From the NCBI GenBank assembly GCA_031413075.1, contig JANOEF010000568.1, positions 1 to 45,452 of the forward strand: a stretch of DNA of 45,452 bases, given 5' to 3'. Shown here in pieces: positions 33,530 to 42,241 of this stretch. A model generated the notes under the pieces. It was not told where the DNA came from, did not search any database, and saw only the letters and a list, made by a program, of their open reading frames with translations. The stretch is from Acidobacteriota bacterium (GTDB taxonomy: Bacteria; Acidobacteriota; Blastocatellia; Pyrinomonadales; Pyrinomonadaceae). Numbering within the stretch: the stretch's first letter is position 1; the number at the start of each line of letters is the position of its first letter. Position numbers and translations under genes: made by a program.

Positions 33530-35389
33530 ATGTTTCAAGCAGGTCAACAAATCGGCAGTTACACGCTTCTCCGCAAACTCGGGCGCGGCGGATTTGGGGA
33601 GGTTTGGCTGGCGGAAAAACGTTCGCAGTTTGTGACCAAAAAAGTGGCGGTTAAATTACCGCTGGACGAGCAAATAAATTTTGATGCGATTCGCCAGGAA
33701 GCCGAACTGTGGGAACAAGCCAGCGGAAACGCCAATATTTTGCCAATCATTGATGCCGATGTGATTGACGGTCAAGTCGTCATTGTCAGCGAATATGCCG
33801 ATGGCGGTTCACTTCACGATAAACTGCGGAACGAAGGAAAATTGCCGTTCAAACAAGCTGTTGAGATGACCATCGGAATCTTGAACGGCTTAGAATTTCT
33901 GCACAACCGAAAAATCATTCACCGGGACATTAAACCGCAAAATGTGCTGCTCCAGGGCGATACGCCGCGGTTGGCAGATTTCGGCATCTCGCGGGCAATG
34001 CAAACAACTTCAATCAGTTCCAAACTGGTTGGCACCGATGCCTATATGTCGCCCGAAGCCTTTGACGGAAAACGAAGCGTGCAAACCGATGTTTGGTCGG
34101 TTGGTGTGGTTTTGTATCAATTGCTGGCGGGCAATCTGCCGTTTCCCCAAGAGCACCCATCGGAAAGAATTTTTGCGATTTTGACCAAAGAATTTCCGCC
34201 TTTGCCGGAGGGAGTGCCGCAGAGTTTGCAGCGGGTTATTGCTAAAGCCCTGGCTAAACAGCCGGAAAATCGTTATCAAATATCGGGCGAAATGCGCGAA
34301 GAATTACAACGGGCTTTAGTTGGTATTGAGCATCCGACATTAGCAAAAACTGAGGTTTTGCAGCTTCCAATTTCCAACCAAACGGTGACGGATGTGACGA
34401 ATATTGGCGAATTATTGAAAACACAAGAGCCGGAAAAAGAAACGGCAAAAAATAATTCTCCCATCAATATTCCGGTTAATATTCCGGTTATTTGGGAGCC
34501 TTTGCCTGAGTCAGAGCCTATTCAACCGCAATATAAAAAAAAAGTCCGATTGGTAGAAAATAAAACTGTCACCACCGAACCACAAAAAGTTGCCAATCCG
34601 TCTCAAAAAACGGAATTAGGAATAAACTTTCGCAGATTCGGAACTGCCATTTTGATTGGAGCGGCAGCAGTGCTATTGGTGATTATTGTGGCTAGTATTG
34701 CTCTGGCTCCACGCAAAACTTCTCAATCGAAAAATGCTTCAAATTCATCTTCAACAGCGTTGATGAATATCGAAGTGAAAACTTTCGGCGGTGCGTCATT
34801 GACAATGAATGCAGATGACCGAAGAGAAGAAGCAAATTTTGGAGAGCCTTCGCCCAAAACATATAATTTTGCAGCCCAAACCAGCTTTACAATTACATAT
34901 AGCGTTTATGACGTTGATAAATTTCAATTAAAGATTAACGGTAAAATTATTAAACTTTCAAAAACGCCGCCGTTAGGAGATTCTAGAAGCAAATTTGTTG
35001 TAACCAAAGATAATCTCCAACAGATTTTGCAACGGGGCTCAAATGAAAACATAGTTTCCACTTCAACTGTTAGTCCTACTCCTTCAAGTTCCCCCACGCC
35101 ATTGGAAATGAATATCGAATTTACAGCTACCGAGCCGGTTGCCTTTTTTGTAAGTCTGGATAACGGCAAGGAAGAACCGATAATTTTAGGAGCAACAATG
35201 ATAAAAAAGATTTCTCCACAAAAGAGTTTGGAACTTAAATATTCGCCTGAAAAAGCCGACATTATTCAATTAAAAATCAACGGCAAAGTTATTTCACTTC
35301 CTAGAACAGGAACTGGAAAGGGAATGATCGAGCTCAAAATTACGAAAGACAATCTTAACCTAATTTTGCAAAGCGGAAGAATTATTTAG
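33530..35389 (+). CDS. Paralogous Ser/Thr kinase with a TM helix and two DUF4115-like ectodomain repeats
   Basis: The kinase domain is nearly colinear with the upstream paralogue, with mostly identical residues through ...LVGIEHPTLAKTEVLQLPISNQTVTDVT. Two modules follow: ...FQLKINGKIIKLS... and ...IQLKINGKVISLP... Confidence 0.9.
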   Translation: MFQAGQQIGSYTLLRKLGRGGFGEVWLAEKRSQFVTKKVAVKLPLDEQINFDAIRQEAELWEQASGNANILPIIDADVIDGQVVIVSEYADGGSLHDKLRNEGKLPFKQAVEMTIGILNGLEFLHNRKIIHRDIKPQNVLLQGDTPRLADFGISRAMQTTSISSKLVGTDAYMSPEAFDGKRSVQTDVWSVGVVLYQLLAGNLPFPQEHPSERIFAILTKEFPPLPEGVPQSLQRVIAKALAKQPENRYQISGEMREELQRALVGIEHPTLAKTEVLQLPISNQTVTDVTNIGELLKTQEPEKETAKNNSPINIPVNIPVIWEPLPESEPIQPQYKKKVRLVENKTVTTEPQKVANPSQKTELGINFRRFGTAILIGAAAVLLVIIVASIALAPRKTSQSKNASNSSSTALMNIEVKTFGGASLTMNADDRREEANFGEPSPKTYNFAAQTSFTITYSVYDVDKFQLKINGKIIKLSKTPPLGDSRSKFVVTKDNLQQILQRGSNENIVSTSTVSPTPSSSPTPLEMNIEFTATEPVAFFVSLDNGKEEPIILGATMIKKISPQKSLELKYSPEKADIIQLKINGKVISLPRTGTGKGMIELKITKDNLNLILQSGRII

Positions 35390-35405
35390 GATTTTGCAAA
35401 AACAA

Positions 35406-36875
35406 TTATTTTCTTCGCAAAATCTCACCGGCCATCATTCCCGTTACTTTTCCGCCATCCCAAACAGTTTTTCCATTAACCCAAACGGTTTCAATTCCTT
35501 CGGACAAAATTTGCGGTTGCGTAAAAGTGTTACGGTCAATCACTTTGTCTTTATCAAATAGAACAAGGTCAGCTTTCATCCCTTTTTTGATTAAGCCGCG
35601 ATCTTTCAAACCCAATCTTTTGGCGGGCATCGAAGACATTTTGCGGACGGCTTCTTCTAACGAAAACCAATTATTTTCGCGGACGAATCTGCCCAAAACT
35701 CTCGGAAAAGTACCTGTTCCGCGTGGGTGACGCCCCCCGATTCCGCCATCGGATGAGACCATGACCCAGGGACGCAGGTAAAAGGCTTTGACATCGGCTT
35801 CGCTCATCGAATTACAAACAATTCCTGCTCCGCCATCTTTGACGATTTGGATATAGACTTCAGCCGGCGAGATTCCTTTCGATTTCGCGACTTCAGCTAA
35901 AGTTTTGCCTTCGTAATCCCGATGCGCGGCACAACTGGTAATCAGCACTTTGTCTGCGCCGCCCACCACTTCCAACCTTTGTTCAACTTCAATCTTGTCG
36001 TCGTGCCGGCGTGACGGAACCAAAACCGTAATCGTCGAAGCCCACGCCGTATAGGGATAAGCGTCAGCCGTAATGTCAAAGCCCGACTTTTGTTCAGTCT
36101 CGACCAACACAATCGCTTCTGCCGATTTCCCCCAGACGTTTTTGTTACCCATTTTGATGTGCGAAAGTTGGACGGGAAGTTTTCCTTCTTTGCCGATCCG
36201 GATGGCCTCTTTGGTTGCTTCGTAAAATCCGTCTTCTTCGTCACGGATATGGCTCATATAGATTCCTTTGTATTTGCCGGCAACGCGTGCCAACGCGATC
36301 AATTCTTCGGTTGAGGACGAATAACCAACATCATATTCAAGCCCGGACGATAGTCCAAACGCCCCGTCTTTCATCGCCTGTTCCATCAGCACCAACATTT
36401 TCGCCAGTTCTTCGGGCGTCGTTTGACGGGCATAGCTTTTATTCATTACTTCTTCGCGCAAACTCGCATGGCCGATAAAAGCCCCGACATTCGGTGCAAC
36501 TTTTCCTTGTAATTTGGTTAAATATTCCCCGATCGGAAAGGGCGAACCGCCATCGGGTCCAACCAAAATTGTCGTTATCCCTTGCGAAACTTGATTGGTC
36601 GCGGTGCCTTCGGTCTGCAAACCGCTTTCCGAATGATTGTGAATATCAATAAAGCCGGGAGCGAGAATTTTGCCGCCGGCATCAATCACGACATCATCCT
36701 TTTTCGGTTTGATATTGCCGATTTTCGTGATTTTGTCGCCTTTGATCTGAACATCGCCGCGAAAAGCAGTTTTGCCGCTGCCGTCAATGATCATCGCATT
36801 TTTGATAATGACAGATTGGGCAAAAGAAATAGATGCAAAAAGTATAATCAAGCTCAGTTGGAAAAGGATTTTCAT
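35406..36875 (-). CDS. N-acyl-D-amino-acid deacylase family amidohydrolase, secreted
   Basis: Signal peptide, then IIDGSG...GDVQIKGDKI...APGFIDIHNHSE (HxH metal site) and the ...VSSDGG... block. Confidence 0.8.
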   Translation of the reverse strand: MKILFQLSLIILFASISFAQSVIIKNAMIIDGSGKTAFRGDVQIKGDKITKIGNIKPKKDDVVIDAGGKILAPGFIDIHNHSESGLQTEGTATNQVSQGITTILVGPDGGSPFPIGEYLTKLQGKVAPNVGAFIGHASLREEVMNKSYARQTTPEELAKMLVLMEQAMKDGAFGLSSGLEYDVGYSSSTEELIALARVAGKYKGIYMSHIRDEEDGFYEATKEAIRIGKEGKLPVQLSHIKMGNKNVWGKSAEAIVLVETEQKSGFDITADAYPYTAWASTITVLVPSRRHDDKIEVEQRLEVVGGADKVLITSCAAHRDYEGKTLAEVAKSKGISPAEVYIQIVKDGGAGIVCNSMSEADVKAFYLRPWVMVSSDGGIGGRHPRGTGTFPRVLGRFVRENNWFSLEEAVRKMSSMPAKRLGLKDRGLIKKGMKADLVLFDKDKVIDRNTFTQPQILSEGIETVWVNGKTVWDGGKVTGMMAGEILRRK

Positions 36876-36977
36876 AATTCAAAATAATAAGGGAAAGTTG
36901 AAAATCAGTCCAACCAAAGTCGGAAACTATTTGAAATCTCTGCAGGTGTGGTAAAATCTGAGCGAAAAGGAGTTTGT

Positions 36978-37622
36978 ATGGAAGTAGTTTTAACTGAACC
37001 AAAAGTCCAAGTTTTAATTGAAGAGCATGTGATTTTACGTGGTGTTTCGTGGAAAGCATACGAGCAATTGATGATAGACCACGAAAATCGAAGTGCGCCA
37101 CGTTTTACCTACAATGAAGGGGATTTGGAGATTTATATGCCATCACAAAAGCACGAAGAAAAATCAAATTTCTTGGAGGATATTGTCAAAGCAATCACTG
37201 AGGAACGTGACCTGGAGTCAAGAAATATTCGTTCTACCACTTTCAAAAGAGACTTGACAAAAAAAGGAGTTGAGCCGGACGGCTGTTTTTATTTACAAAG
37301 CTATGATGAAGTTTTTGGGATGAAAGAAATTGATCTCGAACTTTATCCGCCTGATTTAGTGATTGAAGTTGATATTTTTAGCCCTTCGATAAATCATTTT
37401 CCAATCTATGCTGAGTTCAGCGTAAATGAAATTTGGCGTTATCTGAAAGACGAAGTAAAAATCTATCTTTTCGATGGTAGAAAATATGTAGAATCAAACG
37501 AAAGCCTCGCTTTACCAAAAGTTACGGACGAATTGCTGACAAAATGGTTAGCCGACAGCGAAACAATGAAGCGTTCGGCATGGCTCAAAAATGTGCGGAG
37601 TTGGGCGCGTCAGGAAACTTAA
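36978..37622 (+). CDS. Uma2-family (DUF820) endonuclease, paralogue of 20565-21251
   Basis: ...EGDLEIYMPSQKHE...PPDLVIEVDIFSPS... An AAGGAG Shine-Dalgarno lies 6 nt before ATG 36978. Confidence 0.8.
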   Translation: MEVVLTEPKVQVLIEEHVILRGVSWKAYEQLMIDHENRSAPRFTYNEGDLEIYMPSQKHEEKSNFLEDIVKAITEERDLESRNIRSTTFKRDLTKKGVEPDGCFYLQSYDEVFGMKEIDLELYPPDLVIEVDIFSPSINHFPIYAEFSVNEIWRYLKDEVKIYLFDGRKYVESNESLALPKVTDELLTKWLADSETMKRSAWLKNVRSWARQET

Positions 37623-37731
37623 AATCAACATTCTCAAAATTAAATTCGATGTTTCACGAAGGTCAACAACACACTTTGAAAAGAAAAGAAATTTTCGCCA
37701 ATTCTTCGTTTTATGCTAGAATCAACCTGTT

Positions 37732-37983
37732 ATGGCGACACAAGTTTTAGAAGGCACTTGGGAAGAAATCACGCGACACGCTCAAGATTTTGTCGGGCGA
37801 AAGGTGCGGATTACAATTTTGGAAGATGAAGTCTCCCCCAAACCGAATTATGAAATGCTGGAAGCACTCCGCAAAGTGTCGGAACGCAGTAAAAATATGC
37901 CTGTCAGTTCGGATGAAGACACTCTAAAATTGATTCGAGAAGCACGTTCAGGAGGAATGTTTGGCGATGCCTCCGACGACTAA
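37732..37983 (+). CDS. Putative antitoxin of the downstream PIN toxin
   Basis: 83-aa acidic-tailed ORF whose end overlaps the PIN gene start. Its family is not recognised. Confidence 0.55.
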   Translation: MATQVLEGTWEEITRHAQDFVGRKVRITILEDEVSPKPNYEMLEALRKVSERSKNMPVSSDEDTLKLIREARSGGMFGDASDD

Positions 37984-38425
37984 CTCAATTGCAATTCCCG
38001 ACGCAAATATTCTCATTGCTATTTCTGCTAAAGAACCAAAGCAATCCATCGCTGAAAAAGCATTGGAAACCTACGCCAATGATGGTTGGGAATTTTACGC
38101 CCCAAATATCATTGTTGCCGAAGTGCTTTATATTTTATGCCAGAAACATCAAGGCGGAACGCTTACCGATAAGGCTTACGAAGAAGCCATCCAAAATTTT
38201 CAAGACCAAATGAAAGCTATCAAAACGATGAGCGATGTAGATTTGATTCAAGGTGCCTTTGAAATTCAACAAAGTTACGGATGCAGTCGTTCCGCCGATA
38301 GCATTTACATTGCCGAACATTTAGCCCAATCTAACACGGTTGAAATCGTTACTTTTGACGGCGGGTTGGTTAATCAAGCGGCTAAAAATGCTCCTACCGT
38401 TAAAGTAAATGTTTTGCCTGTTTAA
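37967..38425 (+). CDS. vapC: PIN-domain ribonuclease toxin (VapC-like)
   Basis: The acidic quartet is in order: IPDANIL, ..AEVLYIL, ..SADSIYIAEH, ..VTFDGGL. Confidence 0.75.
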   Translation: MPPTTNSIAIPDANILIAISAKEPKQSIAEKALETYANDGWEFYAPNIIVAEVLYILCQKHQGGTLTDKAYEEAIQNFQDQMKAIKTMSDVDLIQGAFEIQQSYGCSRSADSIYIAEHLAQSNTVEIVTFDGGLVNQAAKNAPTVKVNVLPV

Positions 38426-38461
38426 TTCCAATCTCTAAATCCGCTATAATATCAACCTATT

Positions 38462-39058
38462 ATGGGACTTGCACTAAAAAAACCTAAACTTTACACATCC
38501 GCTGAATATCTCGAATTTGAGCGAAACTCAGAGATTAAACACGAGCTAATTGACGGCGAAATTTTTGAGATGGCTGGCGCGGTCAGAAATCATAATCGCA
38601 TTTCTACAAATATTTTGCGTTTGATTGATAATCAGCTTCTCGAACGAGATTGTAATGTTTATGGAAGCGATATGCGCGTGAAAATTACGGCCGCCGGAAA
38701 TTATACTTATCCCGATATTGTGGCGGGTTGCGGCGAAGAAATTTACGAAGACGAAACTCAAGATACATTGATTAATCCGCAACTGATTATCGAAGTGCTT
38801 TCCAAATCAACCGCCGGCTATGACCGTGGAGCAAAATTTGAGTATTATCAAACAATCGAAAGTTTCAGAGAATACGTTTTAATCGCCCAAGAGCCTTTCC
38901 GTGTTGAGCAATTTGTGCGAAAAACCAAAAACGAATGGACATATTTTGAGTTTCGCCGGGCAGAAGATATTATCAAACTTAATTCGATTGATTGCGAAGT
39001 TTCTTTGCGAGAAATTTACCATAAAATTCAACCAAAATTTCCAAAAGAAGTAATCTAA
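38462..39058 (+). CDS. Uma2-family (DUF820) endonuclease, classical subtype
   Basis: YLEFERNSEIKHELIDGEIFEMAGA..NHNRI...YGSDMRV...YPDIV...INPQLIIEVLSKST...DRGAKFEYYQ. Confidence 0.85.
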   Translation: MGLALKKPKLYTSAEYLEFERNSEIKHELIDGEIFEMAGAVRNHNRISTNILRLIDNQLLERDCNVYGSDMRVKITAAGNYTYPDIVAGCGEEIYEDETQDTLINPQLIIEVLSKSTAGYDRGAKFEYYQTIESFREYVLIAQEPFRVEQFVRKTKNEWTYFEFRRAEDIIKLNSIDCEVSLREIYHKIQPKFPKEVI

Positions 39059-39187
39059 AATACTGAGCGAAAAACAATTTTGTTAGGAAACCGGCGAATC
39101 GTCATCGGGTCCAAAGAAAATAGATACAAAAAGTAGAAACAAGAGGTTGAATAGCCGTATGTCGTCCAAGTGGCTACAATAAACGTG

Positions 39188-40141
39188 ATGAGCAAAACTC
39201 ACACCAATGCAAAAATAATAGCTCCGCGTAATCGAACGATTTTTTTAGACGAGGCCGAAAAAATGCGGCTTTCGGAAAAATTGGTTTTCCCGGATGATTT
39301 GAACAATGTTTTGAACCGGACGATTTGCGGAAACGTCTTTGAAATTTTGCCGAAATTGCCGAAAAATGCCGTTGATTTATTAATTCTCGACCCGCCCTAT
39401 AATTTGGATAAAACCTTTCATCAGAACAGCTTTCGAGCTAGGTCAACGGGCGAATATGCCGATTGGCTGGAGAATTTTTTGGAGAAAGCCAAACCTCTTT
39501 TGAAACCGACCGCCTCGGTTTATATTTGCGGAGACTGGCGGTCATCGGCCGCGATTCAGATGGTGGCGGAAAAGTTTTTTATTGTAAGGAACCGAATCAC
39601 CTGGGAGCGTGAAAAAGGGCGCGGTGCACGTCGGAATTGGAAAAACTGTTCCGAAGATATTTGGTTTTGTACCGTTTCCGACAATTTCTTTTTCAATCCG
39701 GAAGCCGTTAAACTCAAGCGTCAGGTCCTGGCTCCATATCGCGAAAACGGCCAACCGAAAGATTGGGGCGCGGACGCAGACGGCAATTTTCGGCTCACTT
39801 CGCCTTCGAATTTATGGACGGACGTCAGCGTTCCGTTCTGGTCAATGCCGGAAAATACCGAGCATCCGACGCAAAAACCGGAAAAACTTTTGGCAAAATT
39901 AATTCTGGCCAGCTCCCGTGAAGGCGAAATGGTGCTTGATCCATTCTTAGGCTCGGGCACGACTTCGGTGACGGCGAAAAAATTGAAGCGGCAGTTTATC
40001 GGCATTGAACTCGAAGAATATTTTTGTCAGTTAGCCGAGAAACGTCTCGAACTGGCGGACACCGAGCAGAAAATTCAAGGCTATACGGACGGAGTTTTTT
40101 GGGAGCGGAATACTCTGAATCTGCGCAACAAAAAGACTTAA
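39188..40141 (+). CDS. Beta-class DNA N6-adenine (or N4-cytosine) methyltransferase
   Basis: Motif IV ILDPPYN precedes HPTQKPEKLL and motif I VLDPFLGSGTT, the beta-class permutation. No recognisable cognate restriction gene is present. Confidence 0.85.
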   Translation: MSKTHTNAKIIAPRNRTIFLDEAEKMRLSEKLVFPDDLNNVLNRTICGNVFEILPKLPKNAVDLLILDPPYNLDKTFHQNSFRARSTGEYADWLENFLEKAKPLLKPTASVYICGDWRSSAAIQMVAEKFFIVRNRITWEREKGRGARRNWKNCSEDIWFCTVSDNFFFNPEAVKLKRQVLAPYRENGQPKDWGADADGNFRLTSPSNLWTDVSVPFWSMPENTEHPTQKPEKLLAKLILASSREGEMVLDPFLGSGTTSVTAKKLKRQFIGIELEEYFCQLAEKRLELADTEQKIQGYTDGVFWERNTLNLRNKKT

Positions 40142-40263
40142 TGCTCGAAAGTGCAAGCCGCTCGCAGGCAAATTTTGCTGAGAGCCTTTTTGTTTTTAGT
40201 TCAACCTAAAATACAATACTCAAATAGTCAACGGTCATTCAGCAAAGACTGCAAATCAAATCA

Positions 40264-40350
40264 ATGAAAAAACCAATCAAAAGAATCAGAATAGTCGGAA
40301 TCATCAGTCTTATTTTATGGTGTCTTGCGCTCAACTTCGTTTTTATTGTC
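40264..40350 (+). pseudogene. 5' fragment of an AT-rich membrane-protein CDS, cut off at the compositional junction
   Basis: MKKPIKRIRIVGIISLILWCLALNFVFIV is an n-region plus TM helix. The frame then continues only as out-of-frame GC-rich helicase sequence. Confidence 0.4.
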
Positions 40351-40568
40351 GTTGCCGCCTCGAACTCATCGAGGCCAACGGCGGCGACCCCTTCCGCGAC
40401 TACTCGCTCCCCGAGGCCATCCTCGAACTTCGCCAAGGCGTCGGCCGCCTCATCCGCACCAAGCAGGATCGCGGCATCGTCGTCATCCTCGACCCGCGCG
40501 TGCTCACCAAGAACTACGGGAGCGCATTCCTACGCGCGCTGCCGAAGTGTCCGGTGGAGGTGGTGTGA
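40350..40568 (+). pseudogene. 3' fragment (~70 codons) of a DinG/XPD-like helicase gene
   Basis: ...LELIEANGGDPFRDYSLPEAILELRQGVGRLIRTKQDRGIVVILDPRVLTKNYGSAFLRALP...* matches the extreme C-terminus of DinG-type helicases. Nothing upstream of it is present. Confidence 0.65.
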
Positions 40569-40604
40569 AAGGGCGGCAATGAGATTCTTCTGAATACAAT
40601 TTGA

Positions 40605-41330
40605 TTATCGAGGGCCAGTCGGTCCGGTTGGCCCTGTCGGTTCGGTCGGTCCGGTCGGTCCACTTTGTGTCGTAGGCTCTGTTGGACCAGTAGGACCATT
40701 GGCACCCGCAGCATCGATCATCATGTTGTAGGTCATGCGTAGCGCGTGGAAATCCGCACGGCGCCCTGTTTCATCCTCAAACTCGATCCCGGCTGCTTTC
40801 AGATCATCCCGGAAGCGCGGCATGCGTGGAATGAAGCGGCTGAACACCCTTGCACTTTCAGGCGCTCCCCTGCGCAGATCACGCAGCGCTTCCACGACTT
40901 CAGCATCAATCGGCTGTTCGGCAGACCGCCGGTTTTTTGATACCGAGGCGCGCAGGTGGATCATAGGCCGGTCGCCTTCGAGCGCCACATCGCCCCAAGT
41001 GATTTTCCCCACCTCGCCGCGCCGCAGGCCCGTCTTGATCACCGTCAGATAGACGACGCGGCGGGACTCCGAAACGGCGAGCAACCGGACCGCCTCTTCC
41101 GGAGTCAGCGAGCGGCGCACGAGTGATTTTTCGGCATGGCCACCATTTCCACGACGCTCAGCGGATTGACGGGAATCATCCGCCGCTTCGTCAGCCAGCC
41201 TAGGAGAGCCGATGCAGCCGTGAGATACTCGTTCAGGGTCTTCGGAGACTTGTCCCGGTTTCCTTCGCGCCACTGGCAGAAGGTATCCGCATTGACGTCG
41301 CGCACGAGCGCCCAATCTCCTCGACGGCCA
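40605..41330 (-). pseudogene. Tyrosine recombinase (phage integrase family), lacking its N- and C-termini, frameshifted, with a foreign GPT-repeat tail
   Basis: SAM-like region SPKTLNEYLTAASALLGWLTKRRMIPVNPL (frame A), then a frameshift near 41130-41150. The catalytic region follows: VVYLTVIKTGLRRGEVGKITWGDV...ADFHALRMTY. After ..MIDAAGA the ORF runs into (GPT)n instead of the ..LMRHSD..Y segment. Confidence 0.7.
40618..40707. repeat. 10 x 9-bp periodic repeat (GTCGGTCCG-type), giving G-P-T triplets on the minus strand
   Basis: Read directly in 9-bp register: gtcggtccg gttggccct gtcggttcg gtcggtccg gtcggtcca ... Confidence 0.8.
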
Positions 41331-41354
41331 GCCCATGCCGGAGGCTCCCGACCG

Positions 41355-41833
41355 TGTCTGGGCGGGGATATTACCTTCATCCCCACCAGCGCGGGATGGC
41401 TCTCCCTAGCCGTCGTCATCGACCTCTGCTCGCGCCGCGTCTTGGGTTGGAGTCTCGCCGATCACATGCGCTCGGATCTGGTGCTCGATGCCCTCCACCA
41501 AGCCCTCCAGACGCGCCCCACCGATGGCACCATCTTCCACAGCGAACGGGGCAGCCAATACGGCAGCGCTCCCTTCCGGCAGGCACTCGCCCACGCCGGC
41601 CTCAGCCAGAGCATGTCCGCACGTGCCAACCCTTACGACAACGCTTGGACCGAATCCTTCATCGGAAGCCTCAAGCGCGAGATGCTCCAAGGCGGGTGCT
41701 TTGAGGACGCCAAAGACGCCCGAATCGAAATCTTCGAAATATCGACCGCTACTACAACACCCACCGCAAACACTCCTCCCTCGGTTACCAAACCCCTAAC
41801 CAGTTCGAGGCTAAAATCCACTCAGCCAACTAA
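41355..41833 (+). mobile_element. 5'-truncated, frameshifted IS3-family transposase (OrfB) fragment
   Basis: DITFIPTSAGWLSLAVVIDLCSRRVLGW, HSERGSQYGS (the usual HSDRGSQY Asp is Glu here) and NPYDNAWTESFIGSLKRE. A 1-nt loss near 41738 shifts the frame; the other frame ends IDRYYNTHRKHSSLGYQTPNQFEAKIHSAN*. OrfA, the left end and the inverted repeats are absent. Confidence 0.8.
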
Positions 41834-41857
41834 ACAACAAACCGGTCCAAAAATCGG

Positions 41858-42155
41858 TTGCACTTCAGGGCGCACCGCGATGGAACTGATGCGGCACAGC
41901 GACCCGAAGCTGACGTTCAACAATTACAACGACCGCACGCGGCTGCCGAAGTGGGAGATCGTGAAAAAGCTGCCGGTTCTTTTTTCTACGGACACGGAAA
42001 ACACACGCCAGCGCACACACGTTCCCGAATTTTCCTGTCCTGTCGTGTCACCGGCTGTCACGGATGGGGGAAATGGTGATGAGCCTGAAACCCCCATGGA
42101 TAAAGGCTTCTGGCTCGAAGTGGCTCGAAGTGGCATTGAATGGCACGCACTGTGA
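41858..42155 (+). pseudogene. Detached C-terminal fragment of a tyrosine recombinase
   Basis: ..GRTAMELMRHSDPKLTFNNYNDRTRLP.. is the box II / catalytic-Tyr segment missing from the minus-strand integrase. It ends 11 nt from the 3' end of tRNA-Val. Confidence 0.65.
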
Positions 42156-42166
42156 AAATGGGAAAA

Positions 42167-42241
42167 TGGTGCGCGCTGCAGGGTTCGAACCTGCGACTTC
42201 TTGCGTGTGAAGCAAGCGCTCTACCACTGAGCTAAGCGCGC
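42167..42241 (-). tRNA. tRNA-Val (anticodon CAC), 75 nt with encoded CCA
   Basis: Folded by hand: acceptor GCGCGCT/AGCGCGC, D arm GCTC-AGTGGTA-GAGC, anticodon arm CTTGC-TTCACAC-GCAAG, variable AAGTC, T arm GCAGG-TTCGAAC-CCTGC, discriminator A, CCA. Confidence 0.9.

Noticed and set aside
35390-35424. Inverted repeat GATTTTGC ... GCAAAATC between the convergent kinase and D-aminoacylase genes, as a bidirectional terminator
   Set aside because: The stem is 8 bp and AT-rich with a 19-nt loop, it overlaps the D-aminoacylase coding end, and there is no clear U-tract. It is too weak to call.
40264-40593. 109-aa ORF spanning the compositional junction
   Set aside because: The first ~29 codons are a plausible AT-rich gene start. 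The remainder (..SRPTAATPSATTRSPRPSS..) is the helicase fragment read out of frame, so the ORF is a chimeric read-through and not a protein.
41136-42155. 339-aa plus-strand ORF as a single gene
   Set aside because: It concatenates antisense integrase sequence, the IS3 transposase fragment (which then leaves its true frame at ~41738) and the detached integrase C-terminus. Only the individual fragments have homology logic.
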